Assembly: GCA_044345405.1 (NCBI GenBank)
Contig: JBIJBE010000005.1
Span: forward strand, 60,701 to 124,700
Reading direction: 5' to 3'
Origin: Bdellovibrionota bacterium
GTDB lineage: Bacteria; Bdellovibrionota_C; UBA2361; OMII01
DNA length: 64,000 nucleotides
Part shown: piece after piece, positions 11,472 to 21,508 of the stretch
How positions within the stretch are numbered: position 1 is the stretch's first letter
Layout of the letters: each line of letters opens with the position of its first letter
The notes under the pieces: model-generated
Database searches by the model: none
Told to the model about the DNA's origin: nothing
The model's input: the letters and a program-made list of their open reading frames with translations, nothing else
Made by a program: the position numbers and the translations under genes

Positions 11472-12287
11472 GTGACCGTTCAGATAACCCCCTCAGTAAA
11501 GGTCGGGAGGGGAGAAAAGCTCCTTCTCATAGCGGGCCCGTGCCAAATTGAGTCCAAGGATCATGCCTTCAAAATCGCCGAGTTTCTGTGCGAGGCGACG
11601 TCGAAGCTCCCTGTTTCACTTGTCTACAAGTCCTCCTTTGACAAGGCGAACCGCACAAGTGTTAAGAGCCAGCGTGGCGTTGGAATGGACGCTGGTCTCC
11701 GCGTCCTCGATGACGTTCGGACGCAATTCAAGATTCCCGTCCTCACTGACGTTCACTCCGAGGAGCAAGCGCGTGAGGTTGGAAAGGTAGTTGATGTTCT
11801 GCAAATCCCCGCCTTCCTCTGTCGCCAAACAGACCTCTTAGTGGCGGCGGGATTAAGCGGTAAAACGATTAACGTGAAGAAGGGACAATTCCTTCACCCG
11901 GCGGACATGCAGTTCGTCGCCGAGAAGATAGCGAGCACAGGCAACAAGAAGATTCTTCTCTGCGAACGGGGTACCTGCTTCGGCTATCGCGACCTGATCA
12001 TGGACCCTCGTAACCTCGTCATTATGCGAGAGACTGGATATCCGGTCGTATTTGACGCGACGCACAGCGTTCAGAGTATGGGTGGTGGAGCGGGCAGCTC
12101 CGGAGGCTCCCGCCACTTTGTGGAGATCCTCGCCCGAGCCGCGGTCGCGACGGGGACCGACGGACTCTTCATGGAGTGCCACGAGGATCCCGACAACGCG
12201 CCCTCAGACGGACCTTGCATGCTGCCCTTAGATCGGGTTACCCCTCTCTTAGAGCGTTTAGTTCGCATCCGAGAAGCCGCCGAATAG
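11472..12287 (+). CDS. kdsA: KDO-8-phosphate synthase
   Basis: AGPC, SFDKANRTS, QIPAFLCRQT, NVKKGQF, DATHSVQ. Confidence 0.97.
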   Translation: MTVQITPSVKVGRGEKLLLIAGPCQIESKDHAFKIAEFLCEATSKLPVSLVYKSSFDKANRTSVKSQRGVGMDAGLRVLDDVRTQFKIPVLTDVHSEEQAREVGKVVDVLQIPAFLCRQTDLLVAAGLSGKTINVKKGQFLHPADMQFVAEKIASTGNKKILLCERGTCFGYRDLIMDPRNLVIMRETGYPVVFDATHSVQSMGGGAGSSGGSRHFVEILARAAVATGTDGLFMECHEDPDNAPSDGPCMLPLDRVTPLLERLVRIREAAE

Positions 12288-12296
12288 GAAAACTTC

Positions 12297-12938
12297 GTGC
12301 CGATTATCCTGACCCGCAAAAAAAGTTTGGTCCTTGGACTAGGGCTCCTCGGCTCGTTTTTCGTTATAAGCGGGGTAGTCATCTCCGTTCATAACTCCGC
12401 GCGCACACCGACCACGAACGCCTCCCTCAATCGAGCCACTATCGAGGGAGAGACCGGCCTTTCCCTCTCTGAAACCCCGGGCGCTGGGATAGGCTTCGTC
12501 TTGAATGACTTCCATAGAAGCGCGGTGCGAAACGGCAAGATCGTGTGGGAGATCTTTGGCAAAAAGGGGCGATACGACGCTGGAAAGAATCGAGCGGAGA
12601 TCGACGAGCCGATAGTCAACGTAAATCGAGACAACGGAGACACAGTAAACCTTACCGCGAAACGAGCGGATGTCGAACTCACGGGGACTGAAATCCTCAA
12701 GGCTGAGCTCTTTGATGATGTCGTCGTGATTCACAACAAAGAGACGACAATCAAAACGGACCGGGCAATCTACGTCAAGGCGACCGAAACCATCGACATG
12801 CCCAACTACGTACAGGTCGAACATCCGATCTTCACCATTTATGGCAAGAAGCTCCACGGCAACATAACCGATCAAACGGTCGAGATTACAAACGGCGTGA
12901 AGAGCACCTTCAAACCACGGCAAAAAAGGAAGAGATAA
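12297..12938 (+). CDS. lptC: LPS export protein LptC-like
   Basis: Single N-terminal TM helix plus beta-rich domain; lies between kdsA and lptA. Confidence 0.7.
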   Translation: MPIILTRKKSLVLGLGLLGSFFVISGVVISVHNSARTPTTNASLNRATIEGETGLSLSETPGAGIGFVLNDFHRSAVRNGKIVWEIFGKKGRYDAGKNRAEIDEPIVNVNRDNGDTVNLTAKRADVELTGTEILKAELFDDVVVIHNKETTIKTDRAIYVKATETIDMPNYVQVEHPIFTIYGKKLHGNITDQTVEITNGVKSTFKPRQKRKR

Positions 12939-12941
12939 CAC

Positions 12942-13643
12942 ATGAGACAGTACATCACCGCTCTCACCTGTTTACTCACGCTCTCCTCAAGCGTGTGCGC
13001 GCAAAACAATCCAACCGGATCGATGTCCAATCTTATGGACTCAAAGGGGTTTGACGACAGCTTCGGCAAGCTCCCCACAAACATCACCTCCGACTCCCTC
13101 GCGTTTAACGCCAAGGACCGCGTCTTCGCCTACTCCGGCAACGTACAGGTAACACAAGGCGATATGCGTCTCACCTCCAAAACCCTAGAGGGAACGTACA
13201 GCGAAAAGAACGAACTCTTAAAATTAGTCGCGAAGGGCGACGTATTTATCGCGAAGCAGGATATACAGGCGACCGGTCAGATCGCTTCCTATGACGCCGT
13301 GGCCGCGATCGTGACGCTTACCGAGAATCCCCAGCTTCAACAAAAGGAGAGCATCCTTCGAGCGGACAAGATTAAGATCTTCCTTAACGAGAATCGAAGC
13401 CAAGCCGAGGGTGATGTCCGCGTTACCTTTGTGAACTCAAAGGATGGGAATCCTGGATTACCCTCTCTCAATCCTGTAGCGCCACAACCATCGGCGGCTC
13501 CAGCCGCGCCGGTCGCGGCGGCGGTGGCTACACCGACACCAGCGCCGAAGACAACCACCACACCAGCGCCAACCAAGAAAGCAGCTCCGGCGAAGAAGAA
13601 GGCGACACCGACGCCGACGCCTAAGGCGAAGAGGAAGTCGTAG
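12942..13643 (+). CDS. lptA: LptA/OstA-family periplasmic LPS transport protein with Pro/Ala/Lys-rich tail
   Basis: Signal peptide; ITSDSL...YSGNVQVTQG...LTENPQL OstA pattern. Confidence 0.8.
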   Translation: MRQYITALTCLLTLSSSVCAQNNPTGSMSNLMDSKGFDDSFGKLPTNITSDSLAFNAKDRVFAYSGNVQVTQGDMRLTSKTLEGTYSEKNELLKLVAKGDVFIAKQDIQATGQIASYDAVAAIVTLTENPQLQQKESILRADKIKIFLNENRSQAEGDVRVTFVNSKDGNPGLPSLNPVAPQPSAAPAAPVAAAVATPTPAPKTTTTPAPTKKAAPAKKKATPTPTPKAKRKS

Positions 13644-13664
13644 GACATACGGACCGGCACGTCC

Positions 13665-13833
13665 GGAGGGCGGCCATCTTGCGCGCCGTAGCGAAGCGAT
13701 GGCGTGTCCTGGTCGCCAAAATACCGCGCATCTCGAAGCAGCATCACCTTACGTAACCACTCGGCGCGCAGGAATGCGCGCCCTCCGGTGTCATGAGTCG
13801 CACCCTGGGAGGGCGACCATTCCTGGTCGCCGA
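13665..13833. repeat. REP/BIME-like cluster 2 (3 copies, one with a loop insertion)
   Basis: Copies at 13665-13717, 13761-13786 and 13807-13833 in alternating orientation. Confidence 0.85.
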
Positions 13834-14110
13834 GTTGCGCCCCCGGCCCCAGTCATCACATAACCGCTTTAATTTCATCCCCAGCCCATTCCGGTCCGAA
13901 TCTGTCCGTTTTGCAATCATCCCCCCCGCCCCACGCCACACCTTTCCTTGCCTATGAAGTTCAGCCTGTTACTCTACATGGACAATCTGGAGCGGGTAGA
14001 CGAATCAACGACGGCGAAGCCTGGAGATCCCCCTGCGGGCTTCGTCGAACGCAACGCAAGGTTATGTAACCTTCGGTTTTCGATGGGCTCAATCAACCCA
14101 ATTATGTTCA

Positions 14111-14431
14111 ATGAAACTGCTAGACCTAGTAAACAACATCAACTCCGCCCTCAAAGCGGCTAATAAACTCCTGAGAGATGGTGGTCACAAGACTATCTCC
14201 TTTCGGGAACTCGAAACGCTCATCTTTGTGAGCATCGATGGCGCTAAAGGACTCGCGAAGCTCGCGCAGCTTCGCGGGGTCTCCTCGGCGGCAATTACGG
14301 GAGCGGTCGATGCTCTTGAGAAGAAAAGACTGGCGCTCCGCGAGCATTCCGCTCAAGATCGCAGAGTCATCCCCGTGCGACTAACACCGCTCGGTGACAA
14401 AGTGCTCAAAATCGCTTCAGACGCAATCTGA
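14111..14431 (+). CDS. MarR-family winged-helix regulator (short)
   Basis: LA...GVSSAAITGAVDALEKK...R...DRR...V.LT..G signature. Confidence 0.8.
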   Translation: MKLLDLVNNINSALKAANKLLRDGGHKTISFRELETLIFVSIDGAKGLAKLAQLRGVSSAAITGAVDALEKKRLALREHSAQDRRVIPVRLTPLGDKVLKIASDAI

Positions 14432-14439
14432 CGATCATT

Positions 14440-14478
14440 CCAGAGGCACCAGCGCGACCCCTCGCCTGGTGCCTCTGG
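14440..14478 (+). terminator. Stem-loop after the MarR gene (probable terminator)
   Basis: Perfect 13-bp inverted repeat CCAGAGGCACCAG / CTGGTGCCTCTGG; weak U-tract. Confidence 0.55.
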
Positions 14479-14603
14479 TGTTCCATTGAACAGTTCTTAC
14501 GTAGGTTCTTTCGTTGCGTTCGTCGATGTATTTATATGTTCGGTACCAATTAGGTGGCGGAGGCGGTAAGGGCCGTTTCCCCACGCAAGAGAAGGAGAAC
14601 CTC

Positions 14604-15131
14604 ATGGCAGTCGAAACGTCCCCCCACGTCGCTCCAACGCAAACAGTACGAAGCGCGCGCGGCGGCGCAGCGTTTAGTCGCGATTTCGTTCATGAACGAG
14701 GCACCGTTGAGGTAACCACGGGTATTACAGAGCCGCTCGTAACCGCCAAAGCCAGCTTCCTTACGACCGGCGCGGGCACCGACCGGCAATTCTGGGCTCT
14801 CAAGACATCCATCACCGTGTTTCACCGACTATCTCATCAATTTATTACGGTAGAGGAAGCGGCTCACGAGCTCCCCGTTACGGAGAAGGCGTTATTGACC
14901 CTTCATGGCGACGAACCTTGGACGACTTCATGGAGCCCTGATGGCATGACGTTAAGCGGACAATTCCAGACTGTCATCAAAGAGGCTTCAACTCGCGGCC
15001 TTGAGCTTGCTCAGTTATGGGAGGCGATAGGCTCCACAAAGACCCAAGCGGAAAGCGATGGTCGGTGGGAGATTCGGTCTATCTCAGCGGAACTACAACG
15101 AGCGATATGCCAAGCCCTCGCTCAGAGCTAA
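14604..15131 (+). CDS. Hypothetical protein
   Basis: Open frame; AAGGAG SD before ATG 14604; no recognisable motif. Confidence 0.6.
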   Translation: MAVETSPHVAPTQTVRSARGGAAFSRDFVHERGTVEVTTGITEPLVTAKASFLTTGAGTDRQFWALKTSITVFHRLSHQFITVEEAAHELPVTEKALLTLHGDEPWTTSWSPDGMTLSGQFQTVIKEASTRGLELAQLWEAIGSTKTQAESDGRWEIRSISAELQRAICQALAQS

Positions 15132-15177
15132 AGGTGCTCGCCTCGTTTGAGACCGAGCACCGTTCGATATGGATTGT

Positions 15178-16617
15178 TTATCCGCAGGCGCTCCAACCAC
15201 GGCGCAAAGGTCCCCAATAACGGGCCATGCCGGTATTAGCGTTATTACCGATCGCTCCATCGCGACGGATAAGATTCTCAGAGATAGCTAAGGTCGCTCG
15301 TGAATTTACCTCCGGGTCTTGCAACTGGCCTATCGTGAAGGCAGGTTTTCCATCGATCGTTGTTCCAGGCTGAAGACCAGCTCGCTGCATATCGCCACGA
15401 TAGTTCGCGTAATCAAGTGGCGAGAGCTGGTAGATACCGTTGGAATTTCCAACGAACTTACCTTGGTCTCCAACAACCGTGTTCTGGTTGCCCGACTCCT
15501 GAACACCGAGATTCGCGTAGAACGCGGCCCACTCCTCAGATGAACCGGTGGTTATTCCGTGCTTCGCGCCATCCGCTGGGACGTACCCTTCAAGGGAAGA
15601 TCCCTTGATCAAACGATTCATGCGATTGAACTGCTCATTCCATCGCTTCTGCTGCGCTGGCGTAAGGCTCTGAGGACGACCACACTGCCCAAGCGGCGGA
15701 GCAGTATCATCAACAGGGTACCTCATATGATTCTGCGAATCGTTAATTCCCTGCTGCATGAGGTTTTGGTACGCGAGCTTTGCGCTTTCGCCAGTGTTTG
15801 AGCGATTGAATTGTTGATTCATGTCGAATGGTCCCGTGCCATTCATAAGGCGCTGCAAGAGAGCGATGAAAGCTAAACCTTGAAGGATCTGATTATTCTG
15901 TCCCACGAATTGACCGAACGGTCCGGCGCCGATTCCGTTGCCTAACGCAGCCGACGCTGCCCCACCCCCAAGCCCTTGAAGAATTCCCTGAAGGTTCCCT
16001 GATTGTCCCTGCCCTACGCCAGCGATATTTCCGATCGCGCCAAGCGCGCCTTGGGTGCCTGAGCCACCACGTTGGAACTGCCCAAGCGTCGAACCGACAG
16101 CGGCAGCCGCTCCGACTACCTGAGCACCAGCTTGAACGGTACGAGCGATTTGACCAACTCCTCCTGGAAGAGATCCAGCCGCGTTACCCATAACCTGTCC
16201 GACCGCGGGAATAGCCGATGGCCCCTGAGACGCCGCGGCGCCCACCGCTTGGAAGGCACCAAGCGTGTTTCCTGTCTGCATGTTTCGTACCGCGCCTCCA
16301 AGATTGGCGACGACTCCAGACCTATCCGAAGGCGCGAGGTTGGGAGCAGACGGCATCGAATCGAACATCGACGAAGGAACGACTATCTCGGGACGAGCGT
16401 TCCCTCCTTGAAAGATGTCACCACCCACACCGTTGAACATATCTCCACGCTGAGGGAAGAGCGATGCGTCAGGACCCCGCCCGCCGCCGGACTGCTCCCA
16501 CACGGGAAGTGGTAGTTCTTGAGCTGACGCTACGTTGAGGTAGGTAGGCGTGAAGAGGCACGCGGCGAGGAGCGCGCGCAAGACAACAGACGTCGGTGTA
16601 GTTGGGGGGATAGACAC
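15178..16617 (-). CDS. Secreted Gly/Gln-rich protein with a C-terminal lysozyme-like (SLT-type) domain
   Basis: Signal peptide (ASA-Q); long low-complexity region; QESG, GIYQL and LQDPEVN match SLT motifs ES / GLMQ / LxDPxxN. Confidence 0.65.
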   Translation of the reverse strand: MSIPPTTPTSVVLRALLAACLFTPTYLNVASAQELPLPVWEQSGGGRGPDASLFPQRGDMFNGVGGDIFQGGNARPEIVVPSSMFDSMPSAPNLAPSDRSGVVANLGGAVRNMQTGNTLGAFQAVGAAASQGPSAIPAVGQVMGNAAGSLPGGVGQIARTVQAGAQVVGAAAAVGSTLGQFQRGGSGTQGALGAIGNIAGVGQGQSGNLQGILQGLGGGAASAALGNGIGAGPFGQFVGQNNQILQGLAFIALLQRLMNGTGPFDMNQQFNRSNTGESAKLAYQNLMQQGINDSQNHMRYPVDDTAPPLGQCGRPQSLTPAQQKRWNEQFNRMNRLIKGSSLEGYVPADGAKHGITTGSSEEWAAFYANLGVQESGNQNTVVGDQGKFVGNSNGIYQLSPLDYANYRGDMQRAGLQPGTTIDGKPAFTIGQLQDPEVNSRATLAISENLIRRDGAIGNNANTGMARYWGPLRRGWSACG

Positions 16618-16888
16618 AACTTACCTCGTGCAAAAAGTAAAACCCTATTCACTATGGCGTTATGCTTTGTACACACGGCTGATTCCGTATGCACCAACAC
16701 TACCACGGTGATACCTGTGTTATGCGTTGAGGTGAATACCGAGTGCCGTGAATTCCACGATTTTGCTTCAGAAAAAATGATATTCCGCGGCTAACCTGCC
16801 GAACATAATGAACTATTTCTTTCAAAGAGACGCAGATTCACACAGATAATGACAGGCAGACCCCTCAGAGCCCCCGTTGAAGGGTGTT

Positions 16889-18421
16889 CTACGCGACCGA
16901 TCGCGCGGCGATATCGGCGAGCCGCTCATACGGCGCGACGGCCACAAATTCCTTCGCGACGCTCTCCGCGACAGCCCTCGCGGAGAGAACCGCGCCAGGT
17001 ACTCCACACACCCCTGGAATCCGGCCTCCACAGAGAAAGAGGTTTGAGATGTTTCGCATACGGTAATGAAAGCTCACCCCCTCGCCCCGTGACGCCGCTG
17101 GCGCTGAGGGGAAGGGCGCCCCCAGGGGATGATTGAGCACATCTCGCGCGTAGCGAGGGTCGATCGATTCCGCGAACACCAAACTGGAGGTTAATCCTGG
17201 AAATACCCGCTCCCGAAGCTTGGTAAGTACCGAGTCCTTGAATCCCGGCCCATCGAATTTCCACCCACTGTACCTTGCGAGGTGAGGAACGGGCACAAAA
17301 ACCGAGAAAAGCTCTCCCTCGTCACGAGGGTTCGGCGAGTGCGCCGGCGAGAGACGGTGCACCGATAGCATAGGATCTTTCGGAAGTCGCGCTCCCGTCC
17401 CGAGCTGAGAGAGGAGCCCCTCCCACCTCTCAGAGAAGATGACGGTGTAATCAGGAACCTCAGGATAGGCCCGCTTAAGTTTCAGGAAGAGTGAGTACAT
17501 ACCGAAAGATGGAACGCTCGGCCGCAAGCCGAACCGTTCAAGGGGTGAAAGCCACTCATCAGGAAGCATCGAATAGAGACTCCGGGTCTCTCCTCCCCAC
17601 ACAACGAGGTCACACCCCGTCACTACACGCTCTCCCCGATGAGCCGAATAGAGTGAGCGGACATTTCCCGCGCCATCTCGCGCCAGAGCGGCAACCGTAT
17701 GGTTATAGTGGAATCGAACACCGTGACGCTCGGCTAAGGAAACGAGCTCCTGAATCAGAGCTGATACTCCTCCTCGAACGATCCACCCACCACCGTCTCG
17801 CTCTGCGGAATGGAGCGCGACACAGTGAGCCGGCGCCACAAGGGGATTGAATCCCGCCGCGACACTCTGCCAGGAGAAGGCCTGCCGCACCCGACGGTCG
17901 GTGAAATACCGTCCTGAGCATCGCCACAGACTCGATACCTTTCTCAGGCAAAGAGGAATAGTAGCGCTTTTAAGGACAACCCTGAGATCGATCACTTGCT
18001 CACGTTCCGACTTCAAAGCCGCCCGACGAGTCTGCTCCTCGCAATGGTTGAGAAACGAACGATAGCGACGAGCATCCTGAGGCGAGAGCGTCTCAATCGC
18101 CGCTTCTTGCTCCTCGATCGAGGAGACGATGTCGAGATGGCTTCCGTCCGCGTAGAGGTTTCGTCGATAGAGACGGGTGGGAACGAAGGTAATAAAATCA
18201 GCGCGCCTCTCATGAAAGAGAGCGAATAGGTCATCGAACACCCAAGGAGAGCTGATCGTGGGAGGAGCTATTTCAACCGCCTGACCGCTGAGATGAAAAC
18301 TACGCGCCCATCCACCGGGAGTGGATTCAGCTTCGAGCACATCAACATCATGCCCAAGCGCGCGAAGACGCAAGGCGCTCGCCAAGCTCTCGAATCCGGT
18401 CCCGATGACAACGGCTTTCAT
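16889..18421 (-). CDS. Phytoene desaturase (CrtI)-family FAD oxidoreductase, divergent
   Basis: N-terminal Rossmann-like VVIGTGFES...VLE...PGG; C-terminal NLFLCG...GVPGAVLSA. Confidence 0.75.
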   Translation of the reverse strand: MKAVVIGTGFESLASALRLRALGHDVDVLEAESTPGGWARSFHLSGQAVEIAPPTISSPWVFDDLFALFHERRADFITFVPTRLYRRNLYADGSHLDIVSSIEEQEAAIETLSPQDARRYRSFLNHCEEQTRRAALKSEREQVIDLRVVLKSATIPLCLRKVSSLWRCSGRYFTDRRVRQAFSWQSVAAGFNPLVAPAHCVALHSAERDGGGWIVRGGVSALIQELVSLAERHGVRFHYNHTVAALARDGAGNVRSLYSAHRGERVVTGCDLVVWGGETRSLYSMLPDEWLSPLERFGLRPSVPSFGMYSLFLKLKRAYPEVPDYTVIFSERWEGLLSQLGTGARLPKDPMLSVHRLSPAHSPNPRDEGELFSVFVPVPHLARYSGWKFDGPGFKDSVLTKLRERVFPGLTSSLVFAESIDPRYARDVLNHPLGAPFPSAPAASRGEGVSFHYRMRNISNLFLCGGRIPGVCGVPGAVLSARAVAESVAKEFVAVAPYERLADIAARSVA

Positions 18422-18487
18422 ACAAGAAAGGGTAGCAAGATACCGGAAGGAGCAACATCAAAAAATCGGGAGAATCACTTGGGCTCG

Positions 18488-19510
18488 CTACCAGCGAATG
18501 AGGTTACCACCCCACGTGAACCCGGCGCCGAACGCGAGGGTAAGCACGAGATCTCCCTGCTTCAATCGCCCTTCAGCGACGGCCTCAGACATGCAAATAG
18601 GGATCGTGGCGGCGGTGGTGTTGCCGTACTTCTGGATATTATTGAACACCTTCTCCGGAGCGAGTCCGAGTTGCGTTCGTACCATCTCATTGATGCGGAG
18701 GTTCGCTTGATGCGGGATGATGAGATCGATCTGCTCAGGAGTTATCTTATTCCGATGGAGTAACGTGCTCGCGGTTTCGAGTAATCGTGTCACGGCGTTC
18801 TTAAACACGAGCTTGCCATCCATCGAAGGATGCACACGGGCTTGCTGGATATCATCCGCCGAGATGAAGCCGGGGGTGGCGGTTCCCGGAAGCTTCATGC
18901 ACAGCACCTCAGCCCCACTTCCATCACTTCCGAGGAAGGAATCAACTATTCCACGATCTGTTGAAGCACCTTCAACAGCCTCGATGGTCACAGCACCCGC
19001 GCCATCACCGAACAACACCGCCATATCGCGGCCACGGGTGGTTAGATCGAGCACCGGCGATTGGACCTCAGCGCATACGAGAAGCACCTTCTTCGCTTGG
19101 CGGCTCTTGATGTATCCATCAACGACCGAAAGGCCGTAGACGAGTCCGCTGCACTGCGCGCGAATATCGAGCGCCGGAATAGTCCGACACCCTAACTTCT
19201 GTTGAAGCATCACGCCAACGCCTGGAAAGTAGAGATCCGGGGAGAGGGTCGCCATCACGATGAGATCGACATCCTGAGCGCTCCATCCAGTTTTCTCAAG
19301 GGCGAGACGAGCGGCGCGCTCTCCCAGTTCAGAGGTCCCTGCGCACGACGGGTCAACAAACCGCCGTTCTTTAATACCCGTACGCTCAGTAATCCACGCG
19401 TCATTGGTATCCATCAATTTTGAGAGATCTTCATTGGTGACACGACGCTCAGGAACGTAGTGGGCGACCGATCGAATTTGAGCTCGAAGCTCCATAGGAT
19501 TCTCCATCAA
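18488..19510 (-). CDS. fabH: 3-oxoacyl-ACP synthase III
   Basis: WITERTGIKERR, AQCSG, LFGDGAGA, PHQAN, GNT, FGAGFTWG (C-H-N triad). Confidence 0.95.
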   Translation of the reverse strand: MMENPMELRAQIRSVAHYVPERRVTNEDLSKLMDTNDAWITERTGIKERRFVDPSCAGTSELGERAARLALEKTGWSAQDVDLIVMATLSPDLYFPGVGVMLQQKLGCRTIPALDIRAQCSGLVYGLSVVDGYIKSRQAKKVLLVCAEVQSPVLDLTTRGRDMAVLFGDGAGAVTIEAVEGASTDRGIVDSFLGSDGSGAEVLCMKLPGTATPGFISADDIQQARVHPSMDGKLVFKNAVTRLLETASTLLHRNKITPEQIDLIIPHQANLRINEMVRTQLGLAPEKVFNNIQKYGNTTAATIPICMSEAVAEGRLKQGDLVLTLAFGAGFTWGGNLIRW

Positions 19511-19599
19511 GAGGGATTACCTCCCTACTGTAGTAGACTTACGCTGTCCGCACCAATATCTTATCGCCGACCGGGAAAACGCTATGATACCATAAGCTC

Positions 19600-20034
19600 A
19601 TGAGTCCGAAGGTTCAAAAATTCCGCGTCGCGCTCTACGGAGTGCTGGTCGAAAACAATCAGGTCCTCATGGCTACTACCCGAGTCCCATCGGGTCTTAT
19701 CACGAACTTTCCAGGTGGTGGCCTGGAATTAGGGGAGGCTCCCCTGGAAGCGGTGGCCCGCGAATTTCATGAAGAGACCGGGTTAACGGTCGCGGTGAAG
19801 GAGCTCCTCTTCTGCTCCCAGCAATTCCAGCAGAATCCGGAATACCCGACCGAACAGCTCATGCACATCTTTTACCGAGTAGAGCGCGTGGGGGGACAGC
19901 TCATCACCAAGGGAAATAACGATGACGTAGCGAGCGTTGAGTGGGCTACCCTCCAAGACCTCGAACACAAACGTATTCTAGCCGTGGACAGGGAGTTCAC
20001 GAACCACGCCTCGTTCCGTCTGCTCTTTGAGTAG
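19600..20034 (+). CDS. NUDIX hydrolase
   Basis: Nudix box GGGLELGEAPLEAVAREFHEETG. Confidence 0.9.
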   Translation: MSPKVQKFRVALYGVLVENNQVLMATTRVPSGLITNFPGGGLELGEAPLEAVAREFHEETGLTVAVKELLFCSQQFQQNPEYPTEQLMHIFYRVERVGGQLITKGNNDDVASVEWATLQDLEHKRILAVDREFTNHASFRLLFE

Positions 20035-20067
20035 ACAACGCCGCCCTCCCTTGCTACACCCACACCC

Positions 20068-20364
20068 ATGACCTTCGATGATTTCTTAGCGATGTGCGAA
20101 TCGTCTACTGAACCAAGCGGTATCTCCGCGCACCTCAAAGCTCTCTGGTTTGACCGTCAGGGCGACTGGGATGGGGCGCATGAGGAGATTCAAGATGGTC
20201 ACGATCCACTGAGCGCTGTCATTCACGCCTACCTCCACCGCAAAGAGGGAGACCTCTCAAACGCGCGCTACTGGTATAGCACCGCGAATCGGGGTGTGTT
20301 TAAAGGGTCCCTTGATGAGGAGTGGGAAGCGTTGGCGAGAGAGCTGGTGGCGAAAGAGAAGTAG
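20068..20364 (+). CDS. Conserved small hypothetical protein
   Basis: Motif W..AH...Q...HAYLHRKEGD..NA.YWY, recognised from a widespread uncharacterised family. Confidence 0.75.
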   Translation: MTFDDFLAMCESSTEPSGISAHLKALWFDRQGDWDGAHEEIQDGHDPLSAVIHAYLHRKEGDLSNARYWYSTANRGVFKGSLDEEWEALARELVAKEK

Positions 20365-20372
20365 ATCTGGAG

Positions 20373-21161
20373 CTACCGCAATCCCAACTCCTTTTTCATC
20401 ACGGTTCGAGAGATTCGCACGAGCAACGAACGGGGAACGAACCGGGTTCCGTGTGAGAGGAGCTTATTAAACCACCCATCTACTACGATCGGCTTCTTTC
20501 CTAACGCGGCGAGCGCCGACTCGACGACGTGCTCCGCTTTACGATACGGCGAATGATAGTCTCGCATACCCGCACCAGCTTGGAATTCAGTCTGCGTGAG
20601 ACCAGGCAACACCGTAACCACATCAACGCCGGTTCCGAGACACTCGCCGTAGAGACCCTCACCGAAATAGAGGTCAAACGCTTTCGTGCCGCTATAAGCC
20701 GAGAACCACGGCGTGGGAATGGTTCCCACAACGCTTGAGACGATAATGATTGCGCCTCGCTTTCGCTCCTTCATGCCGGGTAAAAACCGAATCGTCATAT
20801 CAACCACTGCGCGGCAGTTAAGATTGATCATCGAGAGGGTCTTGTCTCGGTCAATCGTCTCAACAGACCCGAGATACCCAACCCCTGCGTTGTTGACGAG
20901 CACGTCGACGGTGAGACCAGCGGCTTCAACCGCGCCAACAACGGTATCGACGCCGTCGGATTGTGAAAGGTCGGCGGTCACTGGAATGACCCGTCCCTTC
21001 CCTTCCTGAGCGATCTCATCTTTAATTTTTTGAAGTCGCTCTTCACGACGCGCGACAGCGACAACGGTGAATCCTTGCGAGGCGAGCTTTCTTACGAACG
21101 CCTCACCGATGCCTGAGCTTGCGCCAGTAACGAGGGCGGTTGTGCCGTAGGTGGTTTGCAT
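20373..21161 (-). CDS. Short-chain dehydrogenase/reductase
   Basis: TGASSGIG, NNAG, YSGTK (YxxxK). Confidence 0.92.
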   Translation of the reverse strand: MQTTYGTTALVTGASSGIGEAFVRKLASQGFTVVAVARREERLQKIKDEIAQEGKGRVIPVTADLSQSDGVDTVVGAVEAAGLTVDVLVNNAGVGYLGSVETIDRDKTLSMINLNCRAVVDMTIRFLPGMKERKRGAIIIVSSVVGTIPTPWFSAYSGTKAFDLYFGEGLYGECLGTGVDVVTVLPGLTQTEFQAGAGMRDYHSPYRKAEHVVESALAALGKKPIVVDGWFNKLLSHGTRFVPRSLLVRISRTVMKKELGLR

Positions 21162-21224
21162 GGGGGGTATTTTCGCTAGGAGAAGCGAGGAAGGCTATAG
21201 CATTTATGTAGGAGGGACGATCGA

Positions 21225-21487
21225 GGGAGGGCGGTCAGCTAGACTCGACGTAGCGAAGCGAAGGCGGGTCCTGACCGCACCCCGTCGCATCGCTATGGGG
21301 CCCAAGCAGCGTTGCGTGAGGCGAAATCTATCCGCGTTGAGAGACATTTCGGCGACCAGGAATGGTCGCCCTCCCAAGGTGAGAGCCCGTGACCAGGGAG
21401 GGCGGTCATTCCTGACCGCCGCGTTGCGTGATGCAAAAATATTAGGCGTCACGTGATATTTCGGCGACCGGGGACGGTCGCCCTCCC
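21225..21487. repeat. REP/BIME-like cluster 3 (4 copies, one with a loop insertion)
   Basis: Copies at 21225-21278, 21349-21375, 21396-21420 and 21461-21487 in alternating orientation with conserved linkers. Confidence 0.9.
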
Positions 21488-21508
21488 GCGGTGCGAGCCC
21501 GAGGGGGG

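Noticed and set aside
12339-12941. 200-aa ORF antisense to lptC, and the many similar shadow ORFs in the track
   Set aside because: They lie opposite or inside well-supported genes and lack motifs or SD sites.
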